A stretch of 64,000 nt of DNA, taken from NCBI GenBank assembly GCA_963830915.1, contig CAWHOE010000006.1:128001-192000 (forward strand), in the 5' to 3' direction. Of the stretch, positions 46,890 through 57,600 are shown in pieces. Position 1 is the first letter of the stretch, and each line of letters starts with the position of its first letter. The translations under genes and the position numbers were made by a program. Under the pieces are notes generated by a model, which worked only from the letters and a program-made list of their open reading frames with translations, was not told the DNA's origin and ran no database searches. The stretch is from a candidate division FCPU426 bacterium. GTDB taxonomy: Bacteria > Oederibacteriota > Muellerivitia > Muellerivitales > Muellerivitaceae.

Positions 46890-47798
46890 TCACAGGGCTT
46901 TTACACCCTTCAGGGGTGTATTCATGGTCCGATGGATGTCCTTGCGGATCTGCCGGACCAGTTCCTTCGACGAGGAAAACTTTTTTTCAGGCCGCAGGTA
47001 ACTTAGAAGGTGGACCGTCATCCTCTTGCCATAGAGCCTGCCGTAATAATGGAGCAGATGGACTTCCGCCAAACGGCGATGGTCGTCCTCTTTGAAGGTC
47101 GGTCTTTTTCCCAAATTCATGGCGGCCCGATAGATCCGGTCGCCGAGCCTTACCCCGCAAGCGTAGACCCCGTCCTTGGGCAGCAGCTGTTCGGCACGGA
47201 GATTCGCCGTCGGGAACCCGATCTGATGCCCGAGGTGTTTCCCATGAACCACCTCTCCCCCGATGGCGTAGGCCCGGCCCAGCATCCTGTTGGCCAACAC
47301 GGTCTTTCCCTCGGATAACAACCGGCGGATCTGGGTCGAGGAAATGACCCTTTTCCCCAATCGCACTGGTTTCACATCCACGACTCGAAAATCGTACTTC
47401 AAGCCCATTCGTTTCAAAAGACCAACGTCTCCCGAAGCGTCCTTCCCGAACCTGAAGTTATCTCCCACGACGATGGCCCTGATGTTGAACCGGGAGCGGA
47501 GCCATTGGATGAATTGTTCGGGGCTTTTCCTTGAGAAGGACCGGGTGAAATGCAGGACCTGGAGCCGACGGATACCTTCCCGTCTCAAGAGCAGAAAGGT
47601 CTCATGCCTTGGAAGGAGGAAGGGGATGCGGGGCCCGCCGTCCAGGACATGCATGGGATGGTCCTCGAAGGTGAGGGCCATCGGGTCCGCCTTCAGGCGT
47701 CGGGATAACAGGACCGTCCGATGGATCAAGGCTCGGTGGCCTCGATGCACCCCATCGAACACTCCAATGGTGATGACGACCGACGGCTTCTGGCTCAA
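46890..47798 (-). CDS. ribF: Bifunctional riboflavin kinase / FAD synthetase
   Basis: GVFDGVHRGH, VGDNFRFG, ISSTQIR, GFPTAN and LRPEKKF motifs; TTG start overlaps the truB stop. Confidence 0.95.
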   Translation of the reverse strand: MSQKPSVVITIGVFDGVHRGHRALIHRTVLLSRRLKADPMALTFEDHPMHVLDGGPRIPFLLPRHETFLLLRREGIRRLQVLHFTRSFSRKSPEQFIQWLRSRFNIRAIVVGDNFRFGKDASGDVGLLKRMGLKYDFRVVDVKPVRLGKRVISSTQIRRLLSEGKTVLANRMLGRAYAIGGEVVHGKHLGHQIGFPTANLRAEQLLPKDGVYACGVRLGDRIYRAAMNLGKRPTFKEDDHRRLAEVHLLHYYGRLYGKRMTVHLLSYLRPEKKFSSSKELVRQIRKDIHRTMNTPLKGVKAL

Positions 47799-48679
47799 AG
47801 GATTCCCTCCGACCCGAACACCTTTTTGGGTCTTAGTTCCCCTTCCGACGATACGTCCCCGATAACGGATAGCTGCCCTTTCGGGTTCAGGACGCGGTAG
47901 AACCCGGACGCGAGGGCGGGCATGTTCATTTTCTTGCCCTTGCATAGATCGTCCAACATTCTCCCTTCCAGTCGTATCTCTTGTAGATGTTGAACCAACA
48001 CGCTGGATGGGAACAAGATATCGGAAAGACGGCCTTCTTCCATCTTTTTTTTCAGGTTCTCGGGAGTAGTGGTTTTTTCAATGGGGAAAGGCCCTACCCT
48101 GGTCCTTTCCAGGCTCTCCAGGCAGCCTCCCACCCCCAGATCCTCGCCCAAAGTCTGGCACAAGACCCTCACATAGGTACCCGCTGAACAAGTCACCCGA
48201 AATGTCACCCGGGGTATGGCCAGCGTCAGGATCTCCACCTTAAATATCCGGACAAGCCTGGCCTGCCGTTCCACGACCAAACCTTGGCGAGCCAATTCAT
48301 AGAGTCTTTTTCCACCGGACTTGACCGCCGACACCATCGGCGGGATCTGCTGGGTGATCTCACGCAGCTTGAGGACCCCTTCCTTGACCCTTTCCTCGGT
48401 CAACTCTAATGTGGGGGTTTCACTTTCCACTTTACCGGTGACATCACAGCTGTTGGTCGTCCGTCCCAATAGACAGGTCGCCAAATATTCCTTGTCATAA
48501 GTGGAGAATTCTATCAAGCGGGTAGCGATCCCAAGGGCCAGGGGAAGGACCCCGGTGGCCATCGGATCAAGCGTTCCCAAGTGCCCGATCCGGCTTTCTT
48601 GGGTCAACCGACGGACGGCCAGCACCACATCGTGAGAGGTGAGAGAAGGTGGTTTGTTGATGTTCAGGACGCCGTTCAT
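47795..48679 (-). CDS. truB: tRNA pseudouridine(55) synthase
   Basis: INKP, GHLGTLDPMATGVL, PPMVSAVK and CSAGTYVR motifs. Confidence 0.96.
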   Translation of the reverse strand: MNGVLNINKPPSLTSHDVVLAVRRLTQESRIGHLGTLDPMATGVLPLALGIATRLIEFSTYDKEYLATCLLGRTTNSCDVTGKVESETPTLELTEERVKEGVLKLREITQQIPPMVSAVKSGGKRLYELARQGLVVERQARLVRIFKVEILTLAIPRVTFRVTCSAGTYVRVLCQTLGEDLGVGGCLESLERTRVGPFPIEKTTTPENLKKKMEEGRLSDILFPSSVLVQHLQEIRLEGRMLDDLCKGKKMNMPALASGFYRVLNPKGQLSVIGDVSSEGELRPKKVFGSEGIL

Positions 48680-48728
48680 GTTGTTCTCAGTTGGACGAGG
48701 ATCCGGCGAATGGTTTGGGAAACGAGGT

Positions 48729-49733
48729 TTATTTTACGGCCGTTCGGCAGGCTTGCAATACAACTTTCAAGGCCTTGGACAGGGGACCTGGTAACGTCGC
48801 CCCGGCGGCGTAGATATGTCCGCCTCCCCCGAATCGTTTGGCGATCGTCGCAACATTGGCCCCGTTCCTGCCCCTCAAAGAAAGCTTGATCTTGCGGTCA
48901 GGACGCTCTTTCAAGAAAACCGCGATCTGGACCTTGTCCAGTTTGCGAACGAAATTGATGAGGTTGTCCGTGTCGTCTTCCTTCGCGCCCGATCGTTTGA
49001 AATCCGCGTGAGTGAGGACCATCGAACCAACGAGGTCCTGTTCATGGGTCTGGATGGTTCCCAAGGCCCGGCGGATAAGGTCCATGGCCTCCCTGCTCAC
49101 GCCCGCGAAGACCTGGTCACTGACCTTTTGCGCTTCCACACCCGCTTCCACCAGATCGGCGGCCATCCGCAGTACCTTCGGGGTCGTATTGGAATATCGG
49201 AACCCGCCAGTATCGGTGATCAGGGAGGTATAGAGGCTCTCGGCGATGGGTTGGTCGATCTTGATCTTCAAGGCCCGGATCAGGTCATGGATGATCTCGC
49301 CGGTCGCCGAGGCCTGGGGCAGGACCAAGTTGTAATCCCCGAAAAGGTCGTTGGAAAAATGATGGTCGATATTGACCAGGGTGGAGAATTCTTCCCTTCG
49401 GACCCCTTCTCGGATACGCGAGAAATCCCCAGCGTCCAGGACAAAACAAACCTCATGGGGCGGAATCCGGTCGCTGGAATGGTAGTAAGGCCGGAACGGC
49501 AGATAGGCGAACCGTTGGGGAAGAGGATCATGGTTGACTACCCGGACCTTTTTACCCAATTTCCTCAGGGCCAGGAAAAGCGCCGATTCCGCTCCCAATC
49601 CGTCGCCATCCGGGTTCTCGTGGGTAGTGATCAGAAAAGAATGATGGTTTTGGATGACGCCGATAACTTCCCCGTACTGGTTATCAGCCGGGGACCGTAA
49701 CGCCTTGGGTCGCTTGCTACTCTTGGCCTTCAT
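48729..49733 (-). CDS. nrnA: DHH-family phosphoesterase (NrnA-like oligoribonuclease / pAp phosphatase)
   Basis: HENPDGDG, NIDHH, TDTGGF and GGGGH motifs; rbfA-DHH-truB synteny. Confidence 0.88.
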   Translation of the reverse strand: MKAKSSKRPKALRSPADNQYGEVIGVIQNHHSFLITTHENPDGDGLGAESALFLALRKLGKKVRVVNHDPLPQRFAYLPFRPYYHSSDRIPPHEVCFVLDAGDFSRIREGVRREEFSTLVNIDHHFSNDLFGDYNLVLPQASATGEIIHDLIRALKIKIDQPIAESLYTSLITDTGGFRYSNTTPKVLRMAADLVEAGVEAQKVSDQVFAGVSREAMDLIRRALGTIQTHEQDLVGSMVLTHADFKRSGAKEDDTDNLINFVRKLDKVQIAVFLKERPDRKIKLSLRGRNGANVATIAKRFGGGGHIYAAGATLPGPLSKALKVVLQACRTAVK

Positions 49734-50088
49734 CTTTGGGCTTTTCCTTTTCCTTCAGTTCGTTCAAAATCCCCCTGATCTTGATGGCATGGTCCAGGGA
49801 TGTATCCAGGTAGAATTGGATCTCGGGAGTATAGCGTAATTGCAGGCGGCGGCCCAGTTCCCCGCGCAAATAACCCTTTGCCCTCATCAGGCCATCCATG
49901 GATTCTTTTCGGGTCTTTTCATCCCCCAGGATGGAAACGAAGATCTTGGAAAAACGCAGGTCGTCGGTGGTCTCGACCAAGGTGACGGTCACGAAGTGGA
50001 TCCCAGGGTCCTTGACTTCCTGAGTCAGCATGACGCTGATCTCTCGTTTGATGGATTCGGAAACCCGATCGGCCCTCTTAAAGCTCAT
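49717..50088 (-). CDS. rbfA: Ribosome-binding factor A
   Basis: RADRVSESIKREIS, VKDP and LRYTPEIQF motifs. Confidence 0.95.
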   Translation of the reverse strand: MSFKRADRVSESIKREISVMLTQEVKDPGIHFVTVTLVETTDDLRFSKIFVSILGDEKTRKESMDGLMRAKGYLRGELGRRLQLRYTPEIQFYLDTSLDHAIKIRGILNELKEKEKPKDEGQE

Positions 50089-50154
50089 GATCAACCCCTG
50101 GAAAGCTCAGCCTTTGAATTGGATGGTTAAGTCGTGAAACATGCCGACCCGCGA

Positions 50155-52443
50155 TCAATCGACCAATTTCTGGGCTACCGCTTCCAGGATATAGGCTTCC
50201 AACTGGTCGCCCACCTGGACATCCTCGAAATTGTCGATGACGATACCGCACTCATAACCGTTGGCCACTTCCTTGACGTCATCTTTGAAGCGTTTCAGGG
50301 AACCCACCGACCCCTCGTGGATCAGTTGATCCGCTCTCACCACTTTGATCTTGGATTTATTGGTGATCTTGCCGGAGGAGATCATGCAGCCAGCCACCAC
50401 CCCTTTGGGTGTATTGAACAATTGCCTCACCTCGGCTTTACCGATGGAAACCTGGCGATAGGTCGGTTCCAAAAGACCTTCCATAGCCTTACGAACGTCC
50501 TCTACCGCGTCATAGATGATCTTGTAGACACGGACGTCCACATCCTCTTTTTCGGCGGTGGTCTTGGCGGTGTTATCCACCTTTACGTTGAAACCCACCA
50601 CGATGGCGTTGGAGGCCGAGGCCAAAAGGATGTCCGAATTCACGATGTTGCCGGTCGCGCTGTGGATGACTCTCAAGGCCACCTTTTCGGTCGAAATCTT
50701 TTCCAGGGACGAGGTGAGTGCTTCCACCGACCCCTGTACGTCGCCCTTCACGATGACCTTCAGTTCCTTGATCTGCCCTTCCTTGATCTGCTCGAAGAGA
50801 TTGTCCAAGGTGATATGCTTCATGGCCCCGACCAGTCGGTTGTCCTTCAAGGCCTCGACCCGGCGGGAGGATATCTCGCGGGCGATCTTGGGATCGGTCA
50901 CGACGTAGAATATATCCCCGGCTTGGGGAACTTCGCTTAAGCCAAGGATCTCCACCGGCATGGTGGGGCCTGCGGATTTCACGGGTTTACCCAAGTCGTC
51001 GTGCATGGCCTTGATGCGGCCATAGGTACTGCCAGCCAGGAGATTTTCACCGACCCTCAGCGTCCCTTTTTCCACCAACAGGGTAGCGACCGGTCCTCGA
51101 CCCTTGTCCAACCTAGCTTCCAGGACCACGCCTTTGCCCGGACGGTTGGGGTTGGCTTTGAGTTCCAGTACCTCGGCCTGTAAGAGGATCATTTCCAGGA
51201 GTTTTTCCAGATTCATCCGTTTTTTCGCCGACACTTCCACAAATATGGTCGTCCCACCCCATTCCTCAGGCTGCAGCCCTCGTTCGGCTAATTGGGATTT
51301 GACACGGTCCGGATTGGCTTCCGGTTTGTCGATCTTGTTGATGGCCACCACGATGGGGACCTTAGCTTCCTTGGCGTGATCGATGGCTTCCAAAGTTTGG
51401 GGCATGACGCCGTCATCGGCCGCGACCACCAGCACCACGATGTCCGTGGCTTTGGCGCCGCGGGCCCTCATAAGCGTAAAGGCCTCATGGCCCGGGGTGT
51501 CCAGGAAGGTGATGGTTCCTTTGTCATGTTTGACCTGATAAGCGCCGATATGCTGGGTGATACCTCCCGCTTCCCCTTCGGCCACCTTCGTCTTGCGGAT
51601 AGCGTCCAATAAAAGGGTCTTTCCATGATCAACGTGGCCCATGATCGTGACCACAGGTGAACGGGGCGACATATCCTTCGGGTCATCGGGGGCTTCCTCG
51701 AACATCTCCGCTCCGTACAGGGGGACCACTTCCACGATAGCGTCATGGGCGGAGGCCAAGGTCTCGGCCACCGTCAGGTCCATGCGTTGATTGATGGTAG
51801 CGAGTATCTTGAGGTCCAGTAATTCCTTGATCAGAACCCCAGCCTTGACGTTCAATTTCTGGGCTAATTCGGCGACTGTGATACCTTCAGTGACTTTGAT
51901 CTTGGTCAGTACCTTCGGCGGGGCTTCCACTCCTTCTGGGAGCGTTCCATCGGCCAAAGGTTTGTCGACCTGGGTTTCTTCCTTCGAAACAGCGGAGGTT
52001 ACCGATTTGGGTCTTCCCGCGGCCAAACCATGCCCACCTTTACCATGGGAAGGTTTGGGCCCTGAGGACTTACGAGCGGGTGTGGGTTTATAGGCCGCCG
52101 GCCTAGGCTGGCCCGCTTTGGGCGCCGGGTAGGTGGCGGTCGGCGCTGTCAAATTGGCCGAGGGTTTAGGATTCATGCGGGGTTGCGGCGTGGTTGGGGC
52201 GGTCGTGGAAGACGGGGGCGTCTTAATCCCGGTTGATTTAACGGGCGCGGCCGGCGGCGGCGCGCTGGCGGCGGCGCTGACCAAATCCGCCATTCCCAAG
52301 TCCCTGCGGATGTCCGATTGGATCTTCTCATCCACAATGGTCAGCTGGCTAGGGATATGGAACCCCAGTTTCTTGCACCTCTCCAGCACTTCCTTGCTGG
52401 AAAGGCCCAGCTCCTTAGCGAATTCGAAAAGGCGTTTACCCAT
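50155..52443 (-). CDS. infB: Translation initiation factor IF-2
   Basis: [30 protein letters not shown] and [12 protein letters not shown] motifs. Confidence 0.98.
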   Translation of the reverse strand: MGKRLFEFAKELGLSSKEVLERCKKLGFHIPSQLTIVDEKIQSDIRRDLGMADLVSAAASAPPPAAPVKSTGIKTPPSSTTAPTTPQPRMNPKPSANLTAPTATYPAPKAGQPRPAAYKPTPARKSSGPKPSHGKGGHGLAAGRPKSVTSAVSKEETQVDKPLADGTLPEGVEAPPKVLTKIKVTEGITVAELAQKLNVKAGVLIKELLDLKILATINQRMDLTVAETLASAHDAIVEVVPLYGAEMFEEAPDDPKDMSPRSPVVTIMGHVDHGKTLLLDAIRKTKVAEGEAGGITQHIGAYQVKHDKGTITFLDTPGHEAFTLMRARGAKATDIVVLVVAADDGVMPQTLEAIDHAKEAKVPIVVAINKIDKPEANPDRVKSQLAERGLQPEEWGGTTIFVEVSAKKRMNLEKLLEMILLQAEVLELKANPNRPGKGVVLEARLDKGRGPVATLLVEKGTLRVGENLLAGSTYGRIKAMHDDLGKPVKSAGPTMPVEILGLSEVPQAGDIFYVVTDPKIAREISSRRVEALKDNRLVGAMKHITLDNLFEQIKEGQIKELKVIVKGDVQGSVEALTSSLEKISTEKVALRVIHSATGNIVNSDILLASASNAIVVGFNVKVDNTAKTTAEKEDVDVRVYKIIYDAVEDVRKAMEGLLEPTYRQVSIGKAEVRQLFNTPKGVVAGCMISSGKITNKSKIKVVRADQLIHEGSVGSLKRFKDDVKEVANGYECGIVIDNFEDVQVGDQLEAYILEAVAQKLVD

Positions 52444-52449
52444 GTAGGA

Positions 52450-53772
52450 TCAATTTCCTTCCTGTTGTGGATCCTCGGCGTTCCCGTCCCCTGTCGAGGG
52501 GGAAGCGGGGATATCGGGGATCCCGTTCGTATCCTTGTTCAGATCCGGGATTGCGGGGGCCTCATCGGCCTGGACCGATCCCTCGTCGATCTCATCGGGA
52601 GGAGCGGATCTTTTTTCCTTGTCCGTGAGGGTCGCGGCCCCGGCGGAGGGGGCCTCGACCTTGGCATCGGCAATTTCCTCGGCGGTTTGCTGGGAAACCT
52701 CTTGGAAGTGGGCGTCCATGCGGGCGCGTTCTTCCTGAGCGTGCTGTTCCTCGTTCTTGATGTCGATCTTGATGCCGGTCAAGCGCGCGGCGAGCCGCGC
52801 GTTCTGGCCCTTTTTCCCGATGGCCAAAGACAGCTGGTCATTCGGAACGATGACTTCCGCCGAGGGTATCTCGGGATGGAAGATGATGCGAGATATCTTG
52901 GCTGGCGACAATGCGTTGGACAGGTAGTTATGGGGCTCCTCGTCCCAACGGACGATGTCCACCTTCTCACCGCGGATCTCGTCCACGATATTCTGCACCC
53001 GAATGCCTTTTACTCCCACACAGGCTCCGACCGCGTCCACGCGGTCATCACCCATGGAGCGAACCGATATTTTAGTGCGGGCTCCAGCTTCTCGGGCCAC
53101 GCTCTCGATCTTGACGGCGCCCTCATAGATCTCAGGCACTTCCAACTCGAACATCTTTCGCACCAGATTGGGATGGGCCCGGGTGACAATGATGGCGGGA
53201 CCCTTGAGGGTCTTTCGGACTTCCAGCACCAGGAACTTCATGCGCTCGCCGGTGGAATAACGCTCCCGGGGCACCTGTTCCTTGATGGGCATGAGAGCCT
53301 CTGCGTCGCCCAGCGAGATAATGACGTTACGTCCCTCGTAACGTAGAACACTGCCGGTAATGAGGTCCCCTTCTTTTTCCTTGAACTGGTCGTAAACGCT
53401 CTGGCGCTCGGCGTCCTGGACACGCTGAACGATGACCTGCTTGGCGGTCTGGGCGGCGATACGGCCGAATTGGTCAGCCGGTATGCGGATCTTGATGACC
53501 TCGTCCAACTGGGCATCCTTCTTGATCTTGCGCGCCTCGGCCAGGGAGATCTGTATCCCCTCGTCGGTGATGGTTTCCACGACCTCTTTCAGATAGTAAG
53601 CCCGGAACTCGTAATTGACGTCATCGAACTCTACTTCCACTTCCTGTCCCACCCCGAATATCTTCTTGGCGGCGGACGACAGAGCGGCTTGGATGGCTTC
53701 GACGAGTTTTTTCTTGTCGATGCGCTTGGTGTGCTCGATCTGGCTCATCACCAAGGCTAATTCATTGCCCAT
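52450..53772 (-). CDS. nusA: Transcription termination/antitermination factor NusA
   Basis: FGRIAAQTAKQ, AREAGARTK, GACVG and LSLAIGKKGQNARLAA motifs. Confidence 0.97.
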   Translation of the reverse strand: MGNELALVMSQIEHTKRIDKKKLVEAIQAALSSAAKKIFGVGQEVEVEFDDVNYEFRAYYLKEVVETITDEGIQISLAEARKIKKDAQLDEVIKIRIPADQFGRIAAQTAKQVIVQRVQDAERQSVYDQFKEKEGDLITGSVLRYEGRNVIISLGDAEALMPIKEQVPRERYSTGERMKFLVLEVRKTLKGPAIIVTRAHPNLVRKMFELEVPEIYEGAVKIESVAREAGARTKISVRSMGDDRVDAVGACVGVKGIRVQNIVDEIRGEKVDIVRWDEEPHNYLSNALSPAKISRIIFHPEIPSAEVIVPNDQLSLAIGKKGQNARLAARLTGIKIDIKNEEQHAQEERARMDAHFQEVSQQTAEEIADAKVEAPSAGAATLTDKEKRSAPPDEIDEGSVQADEAPAIPDLNKDTNGIPDIPASPSTGDGNAEDPQQEGN

Positions 53773-53799
53773 TTCCCGTTACCTCGTTCACTCGATGAC

Positions 53800-54264
53800 T
53801 TAGATTTCCACCATCAACCGGGCGGCCTTGACCGTCCGAAAAGGGACCCAGAGGGTCCTTCCTTTGTCCATGATCAACTCGACCTTGTCCTCTCGGACAT
53901 CCCCCAACCTACCCTGCAAGACCGCTGACCCTTCCAGGGGTTCCTGAAGGGTGAACCGCGCCAGCCGTCCATTGAATCGTCCGCAATCTTCCAGGTTCCT
54001 CAAGGGCCTATCCAGACCCGGCGAGGTCACCTCCAGCAAGTACGCCGTCTGGATCAGGTCCATCTCATCCAGTCTGGTTTCCATGTCCCGGCTGACGGCC
54101 GTACAATCGTCCAGGGTCACCGCCCCGGTCTTCTTGTCGATCACCAGGGTGAGAATCATCTTTTTGCCCTGTGGCCGGACCCGAAGGTCGAACAATTCCA
54201 AAAAGTTGTCTTTGACCACGGCCTCGGCGATCTTCCGAAGCTGGGCCGATTCCTGTTCGCCCAT
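53800..54264 (-). CDS. rimP: Ribosome maturation factor RimP
   Basis: TLDDCTAVSR and YLLEVTSPGLDRPL motifs. Confidence 0.95.
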   Translation of the reverse strand: MGEQESAQLRKIAEAVVKDNFLELFDLRVRPQGKKMILTLVIDKKTGAVTLDDCTAVSRDMETRLDEMDLIQTAYLLEVTSPGLDRPLRNLEDCGRFNGRLARFTLQEPLEGSAVLQGRLGDVREDKVELIMDKGRTLWVPFRTVKAARLMVEI

Positions 54265-54404
54265 CTACCCCATGCTTTCTTTTTCAGGCGGTTTAAGCCC
54301 TATGGGTTCCATCCCCGCCAAATATTTGCCCATAAACGACAAACGGCCTTTCGGCCGTCCATGTCAGGAAAAACACAATTTGCGCGGACCCCCCTAAAAA
54401 GGGG

Positions 54405-54437
54405 AAAAAAAAAGCAGGCCGAAAAAGGGCCCACTTT
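54405..54437 (-). promoter_or_regulatory. rimP leader attenuator hairpin
   Basis: Minus strand AAGTGGGCC...GGCCTGC followed by T9, upstream of rimP-nusA and downstream of a predicted promoter. Confidence 0.6.
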
Positions 54438-54463
54438 TTGGGACAGCCTTAGATTGCGGTAAT

Positions 54464-54492
54464 GTTTTAGCAAATTCAATGGCTTCTGGCAA
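54464..54492 (-). promoter_or_regulatory. Predicted sigma70 promoter of the rimP-nusA-infB operon
   Basis: TTGCCA-17 bp-TAAAAC with a TG extension. Confidence 0.45.
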
Positions 54493-54646
54493 GGGGAAAG
54501 GCCCTAAAAATCAATAAAATAAACGATTTTCAACCATATCCCATCCGGTTTAGTAAAAAACGCAGCTATTCCCCGGACGCTTTTTTGAGCATCACGACCA
54601 TTAGGAATATTCTATCGAAATCAGAAGAGAGGGATTCAGACCAACT

Positions 54647-57600
54647 TTAGAAAAGGGTCACCTGATTGGAATCGGGCATGTTTTTCAATCCGCCATGGGC
54701 CCGGAGGATCTCCACTACGTTTTTGTTAACCCCGCACCGTTCGACCAGGTCTTCCACGGAGGAAAAAGGCCCTTTTTGTCTTTCTTCCACGATGGCTTCC
54801 GCCGCTGTCTCACCCAGACCGGCCAGACCGATCAATGGGGGCCGGATCATCTTCTCGCCATTGGACTCCTCAAGGGCGAACAAACGGCTGTGGGACTGAT
54901 ACAGGTCCACTTTAAGGAAACGGAATCCCCGGGCATACATCTCCTCGGCCACTTCCAGCACTGAGGCCTCGTCCAGTTCCTTGTTGGTGGGTTTCTCAAT
55001 GGAACGGATCAGTTTGATGCGATCTCTCACTCTTCCCAGGCCGTCGCAGGCCACCGAAGCGTCGAACCCGGAAGCTTTGTTGGTGAAATAATCGGCGTAG
55101 AAAGCCAGGGGCTGGTGGACCTTGTACCAGGCGATACGGAAACTCATGATGCAATAAGCCACCGCGTGAGCCTTTGGAAAGATATATTTGATCTTCTTGC
55201 AGCTGTCGATGTACCAGGTCGGCGCCTTGGCGGCTGACATGGCCTTTTGATATTCGTCCTTCAGTCCCTTGCCCTTTCGCACATCCTCCATCACCTTGAA
55301 AGCCAGGGCGGAGTCCATCCCCCTCGCCATCAGGTCGTTGAGCATGTCGTCCCGGGTGGAGATGACGGTTGAAAGGGTCGCCGTGCCGCTTTTGATCAGG
55401 TCCTGAGCGTTTCCCAGCCAAACATCCGTACCATGCGCCAAACCGGAAAGCCGGACCAGATGTTCGAACTTATTAGGCTTGGTATCCCTCAACATATCCA
55501 TGGCGAAACCTGTGCCGAACTCGGGGACACCCAGGGTTCCCAGGTCCTTATCGATCTTTTCTTTTAATCCCAGCGCCGTCACCCCGGAAAAAAGGCTCAT
55601 GGTCTTCTCGTCGTTCAAGGCGATGCCCAGGGCCGAGATGCCCGTCATGTTCTCTAGGCGCTTCAGACTGGTGGGATTGTCATGTCCCAGGATGTCCAGT
55701 TTGACCAAACAGTCGTGCATACTTCGGAAGTCGAAATGGGTGGTGATGACGTCCCCATCTTTGTTATCCGCCGGGAATTGCACCGGACAAACGTCGGTGA
55801 TCTCCATGTCTTTGGGTAGGATGATGATGCCGCCGGGATGTTGACCCGTTGTCTTGGAAACCCCCGAGCATCCTTTGACCAGCCGGTTGATCTCGGCGTT
55901 TCGGACGGTCTTCCCCGCCTGCTCGACGTATTTTTTGACGAAACCATAAGCGATCTTGTCTTGGACGGCGGAAATGGTTCCCGCTCGGAAACAAAAATCC
56001 TTGCCGAAGAGCTCTTCCACATATTTATGCGCCACGTGCTGGTATTCGCCTGAAAAGTTCAGGTCGATGTCGGGCATCTTGTCGCCCTTGAAGCCCATGA
56101 ACACCTCGAAAGCAATGGAGAATCCGTCCCTGGCCATGGCTTGTCCGCATTCTGGGCAATCCTTCGGGGGCATATCCACTCCCGCCATAAAAGCGGGATT
56201 GGCCGGGAACTCGTGGTGATGACCCTTTTCGCATCGGTAGTGGGGCGGTAACGGATTGACTTCAGTGATCCCGCTCAGGAATGCCACGAAGGAACTGCCA
56301 ACACTTCCACGGCTTCCCACGATATAGCCGTCCGCCATGGATTTGCTCACCAGCTTCATGGCGATCACGTAAAGGGTGGAGAATTTGTTATTGATGATGG
56401 AATCCAGTTCTTTTTGAAGGCGCTTCTCGATCATCTCAGGCAAGGGATCGCCGTAAAGCTCATGGGCTTTCTGGGTCGCCGTCTCACGGAGCAATTCATC
56501 GGCCCCTTCCCAGTTGGGGGAAAGGGTCTGGGTGGGCAGGGGTTCCACGTCCTCGATCATCTCGGCGATCCTGCGGGGATTGGTGACCACCAGTTCGTGG
56601 GCCGTTTCCTCCCCGAAATACTCGAAATCCTTCTTCAATTCATCCGTGGTCTTGAAGAAAAGGGGCGCTTGCCGTTCCAGGCCATAGCCCATACCCGCCT
56701 GGAGGATCTTGCGGTACACATCATCCCGTGGGTCGATGAAGTGCGAATCCCCGGTGGCCAGGACCATTTTCCCCAGCTTTTTACCGGTGTCGAAAAGGAC
56801 CCGGGTGAGATCCTGGAGTTCTTCCATGCTCTTGACGATGCCTTCCTGGATCATGAATTCATTGTTGGCGCAGGGCTGGATCTCGATGTAGTCGTAGAAT
56901 TTGGCCACTTCCTCAACCGGTTTCCCCTTGTGAAGAAGGTTCTGCCAAACCTCACCCTGCTCGCAGGCGGACCCGACCACCAACCCTTCCCGGTGCTCCT
57001 CCAGCAAGGCCCTAGGAATCAGAGGGCGTTTGTAGAAATATTGCATATGGCTTTGGGAAACCAATTTATAAAGATTCTTCAACCCGGTCCGGTTCTTGAC
57101 CAGCAGGATGATGTGGTAGATAGGCATGCCCTTTTCCTTGCGGAATTCGTCCACCAGGTAGCCTTCCATGCCCAATATTAATTTGATCCCATGTTTCTTG
57201 GCGGCCTGCCTGGCCTCCGGATAGGCCTGAACCACCCCGTGATCGGTGATAGCAATGGCCGGGTGACCCCATTTGGCGGCGGTCTCGATGAGGCGGTCGA
57301 TCTTGGATAGCCCATCCATGCGGCTCATCTGGGTATGGCAATGAAGTTCGACCCTCTTCTCCGCCGCGGCGTCCGTTCGTTCCTCATCGTGCGCGATCCG
57401 CATGATGTCCCGGACGTTCAGGATCAGCTCATTATGGTTCCGTGTGTCGAATCGAAGATCGCCCCGGACCTTGATCCACTCTTTTTCCTTCAAACCGCCT
57501 TTGAACTTGCCGTCATTCTCATGGAATAGGATGAGGTCCAGGGAGTCGGTATAGTCGGTGATGGTCATCTTGATGAGATGCCGGCCACTGCGGGTCTGGC

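Noticed and set aside
52318..53346. Long antisense ORFs (also 48816-49700, 17879-18748, 62444-63274 and others)
   Set aside because: Expected shadows of GC-rich conserved genes on the opposite strand; no independent motifs.
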